Shown one piece after another: positions 33,114-42,104 of a DNA stretch of 64,000 nucleotides. Position 1 is the stretch's first letter. The number at the start of each line of letters is the position of its first letter. The notes below the pieces were generated by a model that was given only the letters and a program-made list of their open reading frames with translations, did not search any database and had not been told where the DNA came from. The stretch spans positions 8,305 to 72,304 of the forward strand of contig JAFVZT010000031.1 of NCBI GenBank assembly GCA_017508045.1. Reading direction: 5' to 3'. This stretch comes from Oscillospiraceae bacterium. Its GTDB lineage: Bacteria; Bacillota; Clostridia; Oscillospirales; Oscillospiraceae. A program made the translations under genes and the position numbers.

Positions 33114-33373
33114 TGCAATTGACAAAAGGCAACAGCGGCACATTGCAGCAGCAATAATAGCGGCACTCCAATGATAAATTTTGGATGCCTAATTTTATGT
33201 CTGGCAATGCACATTCCGAATACAATTCCCAGGCTTCCTCCGGCCACAGCAGTTAACATCAGCGTGGCCTCCGGAATTCGCCATAATTTTTTCTTTGCCT
33301 TATGCTTGTCATAAAGCATAAGCACAAAGGCTGCTGCATTGATTAGTAACAGGTATAAGTAAAGAGGCTTCAT
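33104..33373 (-). CDS. DUF1294 family membrane protein
   Basis: DKHKAKKKLWRIPEATL..GGSLG..RHK; RBS AAAGGAG; true start is shorter than the ORF-track entry. Confidence 0.88.
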   Translation of the reverse strand: MKPLYLYLLLINAAAFVLMLYDKHKAKKKLWRIPEATLMLTAVAGGSLGIVFGMCIARHKIRHPKFIIGVPLLLLLQCAAVAFCQLQTP

Positions 33374-33401
33374 AGGAAGCTCCTTTCCGGGAGGGTATGA
33401 T

Positions 33402-33902
33402 ATGAAAAAGATTTTATACGTATTGGTGTGTGCTGCGATGCTGACCGGCTGCGGCGTACAGGATGTAATGGAGACCGTAACAGACGATAATGTCACACCG
33501 GTTATGGCACAGATACAGCAGGTACAGGTTACGCTTCCTGATGATGCGGCGGTTGCCACTTTAGAAAGCGCAGATGCCGGGAAACTCTATTTATGCGACG
33601 GTTATGTTGTGACTGTACAAACTATGGAAGCAGGTGACTTAGACAGAACACTGCGACAGTGTACCGGTTTTTCAAGGGAGCATTTAACGGTTATGGAAAC
33701 GGTTAAAAGTGAAATTAAACGGTATGACTGTGTTTGGAGTGCCGCAGGGGAAGGCGGGGATCAGGTCGCCCGGGCGGCAATTTTGGATGACGGAAGCTAC
33801 CACTATGTAGTAACGGTTATGGCGGGCTTCGAATCTGCCGGTGAATTAGCAAAGACCTGGCAGGAAATTCTCGATTCCATAGCGCTTAATCGTATTGATT
33901 AA
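33402..33902 (+). CDS. Hypothetical lipoprotein
   Basis: Signal peptide with lipobox LTGC; RBS GGGAGG. Confidence 0.75.
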   Translation: MKKILYVLVCAAMLTGCGVQDVMETVTDDNVTPVMAQIQQVQVTLPDDAAVATLESADAGKLYLCDGYVVTVQTMEAGDLDRTLRQCTGFSREHLTVMETVKSEIKRYDCVWSAAGEGGDQVARAAILDDGSYHYVVTVMAGFESAGELAKTWQEILDSIALNRID

Positions 33903-34866
33903 GACATTCCAGGCACATCGTCTTGCATTGCTCTGCAACGGATTGTGGGTAAAGGATCTTTGCTTTATTGCCAAATCCGATTACCCAGCTTAAAAACATT
34001 GGGGAAACAGCAACATTGACGGTGAAATTGAAATGATCGTCTCCGTCCGGAATAAGTATGGTATCCTTGCCAAACCGATCGATAACCACATTGATAAGGC
34101 TTCTGTGGAACCGCAGTTTTACGTCTACGGTTTCACCTGAGAACATTTGGAACAGTCTGTTGGCGTGTTCAACCAAGGCTTTCCCCGTAAGCTCCTGGCA
34201 GGGAATTCTGGGAGCATCGCAAATGCGGATGTTGGTCATTCGGTCTACACGGTACGAAGTGATGCCGTGGCGTAGAGAATATCCAAGTAAATAACAGTTT
34301 TCGTTATCCTGGCAAAGTCCGTAGGGGCTTGCCAGGTATTCTTTTTCTCTGTATCGCCGCTGACCGCCTAAGTCCCAGTCAAAATATTGAAAGGAAATCT
34401 GCTTGTTTTGACTGATTGCCTCCTGTATCGCATCGACGCTGTAATAGATTGTCTCATTCATACTTTTTACTCGTCCGGATACGAGAACATTGCGGCGCAT
34501 CAGCTTTGCATCATGCTCATTACATTGCTGACAGAGCTTCTCAATCAATTCCCTGGATTTCTTTTCTGTTAAATATCGGCTGGATTGTACAGCATCAATC
34601 AGAAGCTTAAGCTCCGGCAGTTCAAAGTTTCGCGAGGCAATGTAATACCCGCCGTTTTTGCCGGGGACAGAGACGATGTCTACACCGTAATCTTGCAGGG
34701 CGGTAATATCGGAATATATGGTTTTGCGCTCGCAGGAGATATTGTGATCCCGTTCCAGCATTGCAGTCAGCTCTTTAGCACGGACAAGCTTATCCTCTCG
34801 GGAGTTTCGCTGCAGGTAGTCCAGGATATATAAGATTTTTAGCTTTTGATTATCAGACTTTGGCAT
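33886..34866 (-). CDS. HTH-WYL-WCX transcriptional regulator
   Basis: N-terminal wHTH (ERKTIYSDI), SPYGL..NCYL..YRVDRM WYL core, WCX-like C-terminus. Confidence 0.9.
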   Translation of the reverse strand: MPKSDNQKLKILYILDYLQRNSREDKLVRAKELTAMLERDHNISCERKTIYSDITALQDYGVDIVSVPGKNGGYYIASRNFELPELKLLIDAVQSSRYLTEKKSRELIEKLCQQCNEHDAKLMRRNVLVSGRVKSMNETIYYSVDAIQEAISQNKQISFQYFDWDLGGQRRYREKEYLASPYGLCQDNENCYLLGYSLRHGITSYRVDRMTNIRICDAPRIPCQELTGKALVEHANRLFQMFSGETVDVKLRFHRSLINVVIDRFGKDTILIPDGDDHFNFTVNVAVSPMFLSWVIGFGNKAKILYPQSVAEQCKTMCLECLNQYD

Positions 34867-34968
34867 AGTACATACCTCCTTGTATTGATATTATAACATA
34901 AAAGTATTCGGAAGGGGAATGGTAAATTTGCATTTTTGTGCAAAATATGATATCATATATTAAAAGGA

Positions 34969-35805
34969 GTGAACGCTATGTTATACTTAGGTTGTCATTT
35001 GTCTGCAAGTGGCGGTAATTTAGAAATGGTAAGAACAGCACAGTCAATCGGGGCTAATACCTTTGCCTTTTTTACCAGAAATCCCAGAGGAAGTCAGGCA
35101 AGAAAGGAAGACCCAGTAGATTGCGAAAAGGCTGTTGCGGCCCTTAGGGAAGCTGAATTCGGAAAGCTGGTTGCCCACGGCGCTTATACGATGAATCTAT
35201 GCACTGCAGAGCCCGGAGCAAGGGCCTTTGCTACAAATGTTTTATGTGACGACTTACGCCGAATGGCTTCACTTCCCGGAAACTACTATAATTTTCATCC
35301 GGGCAGCCATGTGGGGCAGGGAACGGATACAGGTATCGCACAGATTTGTGATGCTTTAAAGAAAGCTCTTGAGCCGAATTATCCTGTTACTGTTCTTTTG
35401 GAAACTATGGCCGGAAAGGGAAGCGAGATTGGCGGAAAATTTGAGGAGCTAAAGGCGATCATGGATGGTGTGGGCAGCGATCGGATTGGAGTCTGCTTGG
35501 ATACCTGTCATGTCCATGATGCTGGGTATGATATTGTAAATGATTTAGATGGCGTGCTCGCAGAATTTGACAGGGTTATCGGCTTAAATCGTTTATGCGC
35601 GCTGCATATTAACGATTCAAAAAATCCGTATGCCAGCCATAAGGATCGCCACGAATTGATTGGTGAAGGCAGCCTGGGATTGGAAGCGTTCCGCAAGGTT
35701 GTGAATCATCCGGTTTTAAAGAAATTGCCAATGATTTTGGAAACGCCAAATGAGCTTACAGGCTATGCAAAGGAAATTGCTATACTTCGTCAAATGGAAG
35801 AATAA
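34969..35805 (+). CDS. nfo: Endonuclease IV
   Basis: GCHLS, HPGSH, LLETMAGKG, DTCH, HINDSK, HKDRH, ETP; start may be ATG 34978. Confidence 0.95.
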   Translation: MNAMLYLGCHLSASGGNLEMVRTAQSIGANTFAFFTRNPRGSQARKEDPVDCEKAVAALREAEFGKLVAHGAYTMNLCTAEPGARAFATNVLCDDLRRMASLPGNYYNFHPGSHVGQGTDTGIAQICDALKKALEPNYPVTVLLETMAGKGSEIGGKFEELKAIMDGVGSDRIGVCLDTCHVHDAGYDIVNDLDGVLAEFDRVIGLNRLCALHINDSKNPYASHKDRHELIGEGSLGLEAFRKVVNHPVLKKLPMILETPNELTGYAKEIAILRQMEE

Positions 35806-35837
35806 AGTATCGTAAATTTACAAAAGGGGGTGTTATT

Positions 35838-37559
35838 GTGTCGGACCTTGTTTCCGTTTTGTTAAATGCGCAGGATGCTTATGTCCATGTTTTTACTGCG
35901 ATTTTCCGTTGGATTGCGCCTGTTTTGGCATCGGTCTTGCTGTTTCGATGCATAAAACCCTTGCTGACCTTTCGCAGAGTGCCTGAGGTATGGGCGCAGC
36001 TCTGTCTTTCAGACGATCACAAGCTGCCGGTTACCCACTGGGAAAATGTGATCGGAAGAAGCAAACGCAGTGATATCGTAATTAATATCCCTACCGTTTC
36101 CAGAAGTCACGCTGTATTGACTCGCTATGACGATGGAAGCTGGACGATAACCGACGCAGACTCTAAGGACGGTGTTTTTGTTAACGGAAAACGCATTAAA
36201 ATACGCGCGCTTCAGTCGGAGGATGTGATTTCTATCGGTGGCGTGGAAATGACACTGCAGCCAATTTCCAAACAACAAGAGCAGCGTCTCGCACAGGTGC
36301 GAACAAAAACCTCTTCCGTTTTCTCGTCCTTTGCGAATGTTGTTTTGCTGTCTGTATTTCAGTGTCTGTGCTGTTTGGCGTTTTTAATTGGAAGCGGTTC
36401 GCAATATGCACAAAATATTTTACTCGGATTTGGCGGAATCATGGTCTGCCAATGGCTATTACTTTTGTTTTATGTCTGTATACGCAGAATTTCTTTTGAG
36501 GTAGAGACAATTGCCTTTTTCCTTTGTACAATGGGTATGGCAATTATTGCCACCATTGCGCCTAAAGAAACCGTAAAACAGTTGCTTGCTATGGTTCTGG
36601 GCCTGACATTGTTTCTAACGGTTGGTTGGTCATTAAGGGATTTGGAGCGTGCCAAAAAATTTCGATATATTGCAGCAGCGGCAGGTGTGGGCTTCTTGTT
36701 CATTACTCTGCTTTTTGGCAAGGAGTATTACGGCGCGAAGAACTGGTTGGTTATTGGCTCTTTCTCCATTCAACCTTCAGAATTAAGCAAGGTTTGCTTT
36801 GTCTATGTGGGCGCGTCCGCAATGGATCGGATTATGACCAAGCGAAATCTGTTTCTCTTTATTGGATATTCCATTATTATTTGTGGATGCCTTGCCCTTA
36901 TGAATGACTTTGGAACAGCAATTATATTCTTCTGTGCATTCCTTGTAATTGCGTATATGCGCTCCGGCAGTGTGGGTACCATTGCGTTGGCCTGCACATC
37001 CCTTGGCTTTGCCGGCGTGGTTGCTCTGAAAATTGCACCTCACGCACTGCGCCGTTTTAATGCTTGGCGGCACATCTGGGAGAAGCCTCTTGCAGCAGGG
37101 TATCAACAGACGCGGGCATTAATGTGTATGGCATCCGGTGGACTTCTGGGACTGGGAGCCGGTAATGGCTGGATGCGTTATGTGTTTGCGGCGGACTCTG
37201 ATGTTGCAATTGCTACCCTTGGTGAGGAGTGGGGGCTTGTATTTGTATTGCTTGCTGTGCTTGCTGTGGCAGCGCTTGCGTTATTTAGCGTTCGTTCTGC
37301 AGCAATGGGACGCAGCAGCTTTTATACGATTGGTGCTTGCACAGCCGCCAGCATTATGCTGATGCAAACCATTCTCAACGCCTTGGGAACAGTGGATGTA
37401 TTGCCTTTAACGGGTGTGACCTTTCCGTTCCTATCCAATGGCGGTTCCAGTATGATTTGTTCCTGGGGTCTGCTTGCGTTTATCAAAGCAGCGGATACCC
37501 GGCAAAACGCCAGCTTTGCTGTGCGCTTAACAAGGAAGGGAGGCATCAGCAGTGAATAG
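35838..37559 (+). CDS. FHA-domain-fused SEDS (FtsW/RodA) glycosyltransferase
   Basis: FHA motif IGRS..D..VSRSHA; SEDS motifs GAKNW, IQPSE, DFG, PLTGVTFPFLSNGGSS. Confidence 0.88.
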   Translation: MSDLVSVLLNAQDAYVHVFTAIFRWIAPVLASVLLFRCIKPLLTFRRVPEVWAQLCLSDDHKLPVTHWENVIGRSKRSDIVINIPTVSRSHAVLTRYDDGSWTITDADSKDGVFVNGKRIKIRALQSEDVISIGGVEMTLQPISKQQEQRLAQVRTKTSSVFSSFANVVLLSVFQCLCCLAFLIGSGSQYAQNILLGFGGIMVCQWLLLLFYVCIRRISFEVETIAFFLCTMGMAIIATIAPKETVKQLLAMVLGLTLFLTVGWSLRDLERAKKFRYIAAAAGVGFLFITLLFGKEYYGAKNWLVIGSFSIQPSELSKVCFVYVGASAMDRIMTKRNLFLFIGYSIIICGCLALMNDFGTAIIFFCAFLVIAYMRSGSVGTIALACTSLGFAGVVALKIAPHALRRFNAWRHIWEKPLAAGYQQTRALMCMASGGLLGLGAGNGWMRYVFAADSDVAIATLGEEWGLVFVLLAVLAVAALALFSVRSAAMGRSSFYTIGACTAASIMLMQTILNALGTVDVLPLTGVTFPFLSNGGSSMICSWGLLAFIKAADTRQNASFAVRLTRKGGISSE

Positions 37560-38928
37560 AGTTGCAGCTCGCGCAGGAATATGCTTATTGTTGGTCGCTT
37601 TGCTTCTATTTGGTATGGTGTTTTTCCTCTTTGAGTATGCGGTGAATGCAGATGCCTGGGTTGTTTTTCCCGGATCTCCTCACGTATACAACGGCGGTAA
37701 CATTGGTTGCGGTATTGTTACTGACAGAGACGGTGTGGTTCTTTTGAATATGAGTGACGGTCGCATCTATGCTCAGGCAGAAGATCTGCGCAAGTCTATG
37801 GTGCATTGGCTTGGAGACAGAAAAGGCAATGTTTATGCCCCCGCGTTATCTGTCTATTCTGAGCAATTGGCAGGCTATGATTTTCTCAACGGCCTGTATG
37901 CTTACGGCAGAATAGGCGGTACGGCAAAGTTAACACTGTCTGCTACGGTCCAGCAAGAGGCACTAAAGGCTTTTGGAGACTATAAGGGAACGATCGGTGT
38001 TTATAATTACAAAACCGGTGAGTTGCTTTGCGCAGTTTCCACCCCTAACTATGATCCGGACAACCCTCCGGACATTTCTGATGACACTACCGGAAAATAT
38101 GACGGACTGTATGTTAATCGTTTTACACAGTCTAATTATGTACCCGGCTCCATCTTTAAGATTGTAACTTTGGCGGCTGCCTTGGAGAGCATACCGGATA
38201 TTCAGGAGCAAAGCTTTATTTGCAAGGGCAGCTATGATATTGGCAAGGACACCATCACCTGTACCGGTAAGCATGGAAGGCAAGACATTAAGCAGGCATT
38301 CCGAAACTCCTGCAACTGCGCGTTTGCACAAATTGCCGAACAATTAGGAAAGGATACCCTTACATTGTATGTAGAGCAGTTTGGTGTGGTGGAAAGCCTT
38401 TCCTTCGATGGTATTACAACAGCAGCAGGGAAGTATGACGTTTCACAGGCATCGCAATTCAGTCTCGCCTGGAGTAGTATCGGACAGTATACGGATTTGG
38501 TAAATCCCTGTGGATTTATGACTTTTGTAGGAACGATTGCAGCCGGAGGCAAGGGCGTCAAGCCCTACCTTGTTGAAAGTATTACCTCCGATAATATGAC
38601 CACGCACAAAGGTAAAGGACAGTCCGGAGACAGGATTATGTCAGCAGCCACAGCAGATATCATACGGGAGTTCATGGCGTATAATGTTTCTGATAAATAC
38701 GGAAGTGACAATTTCCCCGGTTTGACAGTTTGTGCAAAAACGGGAACGGCTGAGGTTGGCGGTGAAAAGAAGCCGAATGCCTGGATGACTGGCTTTGTTG
38801 CAGATGAAGAGTATCCTCTGGCTTTTGTGGTTGTAGTGGAGGACGGTGGCTACGGCAGAGAAATTTGTATGCCGATACTGTCAAAGGTTTTAGAGGCCTG
38901 CAAGCAAAGTATGATAAAGAATGGATGA
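37552..38928 (+). CDS. Class B penicillin-binding protein (transpeptidase)
   Basis: SIFK, SCN, KTGT motifs; N-terminal TM; coupled to the SEDS gene. Confidence 0.9.
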   Translation: MNRVAARAGICLLLVALLLFGMVFFLFEYAVNADAWVVFPGSPHVYNGGNIGCGIVTDRDGVVLLNMSDGRIYAQAEDLRKSMVHWLGDRKGNVYAPALSVYSEQLAGYDFLNGLYAYGRIGGTAKLTLSATVQQEALKAFGDYKGTIGVYNYKTGELLCAVSTPNYDPDNPPDISDDTTGKYDGLYVNRFTQSNYVPGSIFKIVTLAAALESIPDIQEQSFICKGSYDIGKDTITCTGKHGRQDIKQAFRNSCNCAFAQIAEQLGKDTLTLYVEQFGVVESLSFDGITTAAGKYDVSQASQFSLAWSSIGQYTDLVNPCGFMTFVGTIAAGGKGVKPYLVESITSDNMTTHKGKGQSGDRIMSAATADIIREFMAYNVSDKYGSDNFPGLTVCAKTGTAEVGGEKKPNAWMTGFVADEEYPLAFVVVVEDGGYGREICMPILSKVLEACKQSMIKNG

Positions 38929-39014
38929 GCTTCGTTCCTGTCGGATTGTCATTGTACGGATTTTAGGTTTTGCGTCCATTTGCGATAAGGTTTAAAAGGT
39001 TTATCTCAGTGGTT

Positions 39015-39055
39015 AATAATCTCACACCCCCTGCATACAATCATGCAGGGGGTGT
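39015..39055 (+). promoter_or_regulatory. SigE-like promoter inside a terminator hairpin
   Basis: AATAA-14-CATACAAT; 13-bp perfect stem ACACCCCCTGCAT/ATGCAGGGGGTGT followed by T-run. Confidence 0.65.
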
Positions 39056-39061
39056 TTTATT

Positions 39062-39211
39062 ATGTGCCGATATCACCAGCTGTGGGGCTGTATTGTAATG
39101 GCATTTGGCATAGGCGTTCTTATTGGTATATGGATTGAAGGTGGCTTCCTTGCGCATTGTTTTGGCTTGTCGTTAATTATTGTTGGTGTTGCAGTAGCGA
39201 AAAAAAGATAG
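39062..39211 (+). CDS. Small (49 aa) membrane protein, not in the ORF track
   Basis: MCRYHQLWGCIVMAFGIGVLIGIWIEGGFLAHCFGLSLIIVGVAVAKKR; RBS AGGGGGTG; two hydrophobic segments. Confidence 0.7.
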   Translation: MCRYHQLWGCIVMAFGIGVLIGIWIEGGFLAHCFGLSLIIVGVAVAKKR

Positions 39212-39240
39212 TCATAGGCTTGTCTTTGCCTGCATATACT
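39212..39240 (+). promoter_or_regulatory. SigE-like promoter of the SPOCS/LysM gene
   Basis: TCATA-16-CATATACT matches the SigE consensus. Confidence 0.7.
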
Positions 39241-39271
39241 GCAGTAGCAAGTGGGATAAGGAGGCAAGTCT

Positions 39272-40771
39272 ATGGATTTTCAGTTTAATAAAACAGTTAT
39301 ACCCTACCTGCAAACCCTAAACCGTCAGACACAAAATCAGGAACAGACGCAGGAGCTGCGTCTGACTGACGGTATGCCGGATATCGGCAAGGTGCTTGCA
39401 AGCTGGGGACAAATACTTATTCGCGGAAAAGAGTGGCGTAACGGAAGTGCTGGCGTTTCCGGCGGTGTTATGGTTTGGGTGCTTTACACCCCGGAGGAGG
39501 GCGGTGAGCCGCAATGTGTTGAGGCTTGGTTACCATTCCAATGTAAATGGGACTTGCCGGATACACAACGGGACGGCTCTATTGTTGTAGTTCCAATGCT
39601 GCGCAGTGTGGATGCCCGATCTCTGTCTGCAAGAAAGCTTATGGTTCGTTCCAACATTGCTTTACTAGGTCAAGCGATGGTCTCAGGCGATGCCGAGGTA
39701 TATTCTCCCGGGGAGCTGCCGGAGGATGTAAAGGTATTGAAAAAAACGTATCCTATGCTTTTGCCAGTGGAAGCGGGAGAAAAAGCATTTGAGCTAGAGG
39801 AGACAATGTCACCCTCCGGTAATATGCCGGAAGTCAGTCGCTTAATGCGATACACGGTTTTTCCGAATGTCACAGACTGTAAGATTGTTGCAGATAAGCT
39901 GGTGATGCGTGGCATAGCTGCGTTAAAGCTTTTATATTGCGGCGTTGACGGTTTGCTCCATAATTGTGATTTTGAAATTCCGTTTTCTCAGTTTACTCAG
40001 TTGGATTCAGAATATGGAAGCAATACGCAAGTGCAGATACATATGGCTGTGACGGCACTGGAACTTGAATTGAAAGAAGACAAAAGCTTTGCGGTGAAAG
40101 CTGGGTTAACGGCACAGTATATCTTGATGGATCGACCGGTTGTGGAGATTGTTGAGGATGCTTATAGTACAAATCGTCAGCTTGTCCCACAGATAACGCA
40201 GCTTCAGCTTCCTGCAATCTTGGATACGCATCGTCAAATGCTTAAAGTGGAAAAAACAACAGATGGCAATTTGGTGCGGGTTGTTGATGCTACATTCTAT
40301 CCCGATCCGCCACAGATGAGCAGAGAAAATGATAATGCCTATACAAACCTAACCGGTACTTTACAGGCGCTTGGCTACGACGCAGAGGGAGAATTAAACA
40401 GCTTGATTTCTAAATGGGAAGAGGATTGGTCTATTGGCGTCAATGAGGATGCAGCCGTTTCTGTAATACCGCAAAGACCTTCAAACGTTCAAGCATATTC
40501 AAATGGAAATACCATTACTATGACGACAGATATGCCTATAGAGGCGCAAGTAGTTGGGGATGAAGGTATTCCTATGATTACGGGTTTAGAATTAGGTGAT
40601 GTTATACAATTAGATCCAAATCGTCCAAGTCTAATTTTGCGTAGAGTTGGCAGTGACGATTTGTGGGGGATTGCCAAAAAGACCGGGTCGACCGTGGAGG
40701 CTATTCAGTCAGCAAACAAGCTGACGCAGGAGCCGGAGGAGAACAGGATACTTTTGATCCCGATATCATAA
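39272..40771 (+). CDS. SPOCS (DUF3794)-repeat + LysM spore coat assembly protein (SipL-like)
   Basis: PDIGKVL, KLMV/KLVM repeats, IPFSQF, C-terminal LysM DDLWGIAKK..STVEAIQSAN..LLIP. Confidence 0.8.
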   Translation: MDFQFNKTVIPYLQTLNRQTQNQEQTQELRLTDGMPDIGKVLASWGQILIRGKEWRNGSAGVSGGVMVWVLYTPEEGGEPQCVEAWLPFQCKWDLPDTQRDGSIVVVPMLRSVDARSLSARKLMVRSNIALLGQAMVSGDAEVYSPGELPEDVKVLKKTYPMLLPVEAGEKAFELEETMSPSGNMPEVSRLMRYTVFPNVTDCKIVADKLVMRGIAALKLLYCGVDGLLHNCDFEIPFSQFTQLDSEYGSNTQVQIHMAVTALELELKEDKSFAVKAGLTAQYILMDRPVVEIVEDAYSTNRQLVPQITQLQLPAILDTHRQMLKVEKTTDGNLVRVVDATFYPDPPQMSRENDNAYTNLTGTLQALGYDAEGELNSLISKWEEDWSIGVNEDAAVSVIPQRPSNVQAYSNGNTITMTTDMPIEAQVVGDEGIPMITGLELGDVIQLDPNRPSLILRRVGSDDLWGIAKKTGSTVEAIQSANKLTQEPEENRILLIPIS

Positions 40772-40946
40772 TATTTACCGCCGTTGCGTGTTTATCATGC
40801 AACGGCGGCTTATCATATTTTACGAATAGGCCAATGGAATATGTGTAACCAACATAAATATGCCGAATTAATTATTTTGACTTGAGAAAAATAGGAAATG
40901 GTGATATAATATTACATATTTTATTAAATTGGGTAGGTGCTTTAAT

Positions 40947-42101
40947 ATGACGAAAATAGATATTTATTCCGGTTTTTTAGGAGCCGGCAAGACAACACTA
41001 ATTAAAAAAATGATATCTGAAATCTATTGCGGGCAAAATTTAGTTTTGATTGAAAACGAATTTGGTGAGATTGGCATTGACGGGGGCTTTTTGAAGGATG
41101 CGGGGATTAATATCACGGAAATGAATTCCGGCTGTATTTGCTGCAGCTTAGTCGGCGATTTTGGTAAAGCATTGGAACAGGTTATTGAGCAGTATCATCC
41201 GGATAGAATTATCATTGAACCTTCTGGTGTTGGTAAGCTGTCTGATGTGATAGCAGCTGTTAATAAGATTACCGATGATGAGATTACGCTTGGCTATACA
41301 GTTGCGGTAGTGGACGCAGGTAAAGTTAAAGCGTATATGAAAAATTTTGGTGAGTTTTATAACAATCAGATTGAAACTGCAGACACGATAATCCTGTCAA
41401 GAACGGACACAGTTGCACAGCAGAAGCTGGATGCGGCACTGGCGCTGCTTCGTGAGCATAATAAGGAAGCGACGATTATTACAACGCCTTGGAACGATTT
41501 GACTGGCATACAGATTGTGGAGGCTCTGGAGGGAAAAGCGTCTGTAAAAGCAGCGCTTGCTGAGCTGGAGCACGAGCATCATCATGAGGACGGTCACTGC
41601 GGCTGCGGTCACGGCCATAACCATGACCACGAGCATCACCACCACGAGGACGGTCACTGCGGCTGCGGTCACGGCCATAACCATGACCACGAGCATCACC
41701 ACCACGAAGACGACCATTGCTGCTGCGGCCACGGCCATAACCATGACCACGAGCATCACCACCACGAGGACGGCCACTGCTGCTGCGGTCACGGTCATAA
41801 CCATGACCATGAGCATCATCACCACGCAGATGAGGTATTTACCTCCTGGGGAGTGGAAACAGCGAAGAAATTTACCCTGCAGGAGATTGAAACAGCATTA
41901 AAAAGGCTGGATACCCGGGAGTTTGGGTTTGTTCTTCGCGCAAAAGGTATTGTAGCCGGTGCAGACGGTAGTTGGATACACTTTGATTATGTACCGGATG
42001 AGTGTAATGTTCGAAACGGAAGTGCTGATGTAACCGGAAAGCTATGCATCATTGGGTCTAATCTGATTGAAGAAGGCCTGGCTGATTTGTTTGGAGTGTA
42101 A
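40947..42101 (+). CDS. CobW/COG0523 metallochaperone GTPase with His/Cys-rich insert
   Basis: GFLGAGKTT, ENEFGE, GCICC, EPSG, LRAKG. Confidence 0.93.
   Translation: MTKIDIYSGFLGAGKTTLIKKMISEIYCGQNLVLIENEFGEIGIDGGFLKDAGINITEMNSGCICCSLVGDFGKALEQVIEQYHPDRIIIEPSGVGKLSDVIAAVNKITDDEITLGYTVAVVDAGKVKAYMKNFGEFYNNQIETADTIILSRTDTVAQQKLDAALALLREHNKEATIITTPWNDLTGIQIVEALEGKASVKAALAELEHEHHHEDGHCGCGHGHNHDHEHHHHEDGHCGCGHGHNHDHEHHHHEDDHCCCGHGHNHDHEHHHHEDGHCCCGHGHNHDHEHHHHADEVFTSWGVETAKKFTLQEIETALKRLDTREFGFVLRAKGIVAGADGSWIHFDYVPDECNVRNGSADVTGKLCIIGSNLIEEGLADLFGV
41571..41825 (+). repeat. 60-bp in-frame tandem repeat (about 4 copies)
   Basis: Lines 41581-41820 are near-identical; unit encodes HEHHHHEDGHC(G/C)CGHGHNHD. 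Confidence 0.97.
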
Positions 42102-42104
42102 GCT

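Noticed and set aside
33374-33559. Cys/Thr-rich N-terminal extension of DUF1294
   Set aside because: Antisense shadow of the lipoprotein gene; the RBS supports start 33373
40890-40925. Zur/Fur-like box upstream of cobW
   Set aside because: Only a weak AT-rich palindrome overlapping the -10; not enough support
41397-41901. Repeat as a CRISPR array, or alternative-frame repetitive ORFs as real proteins
   Set aside because: No unique spacers and no cas genes; the repeat is in frame within cobW and the other ORFs are shadows
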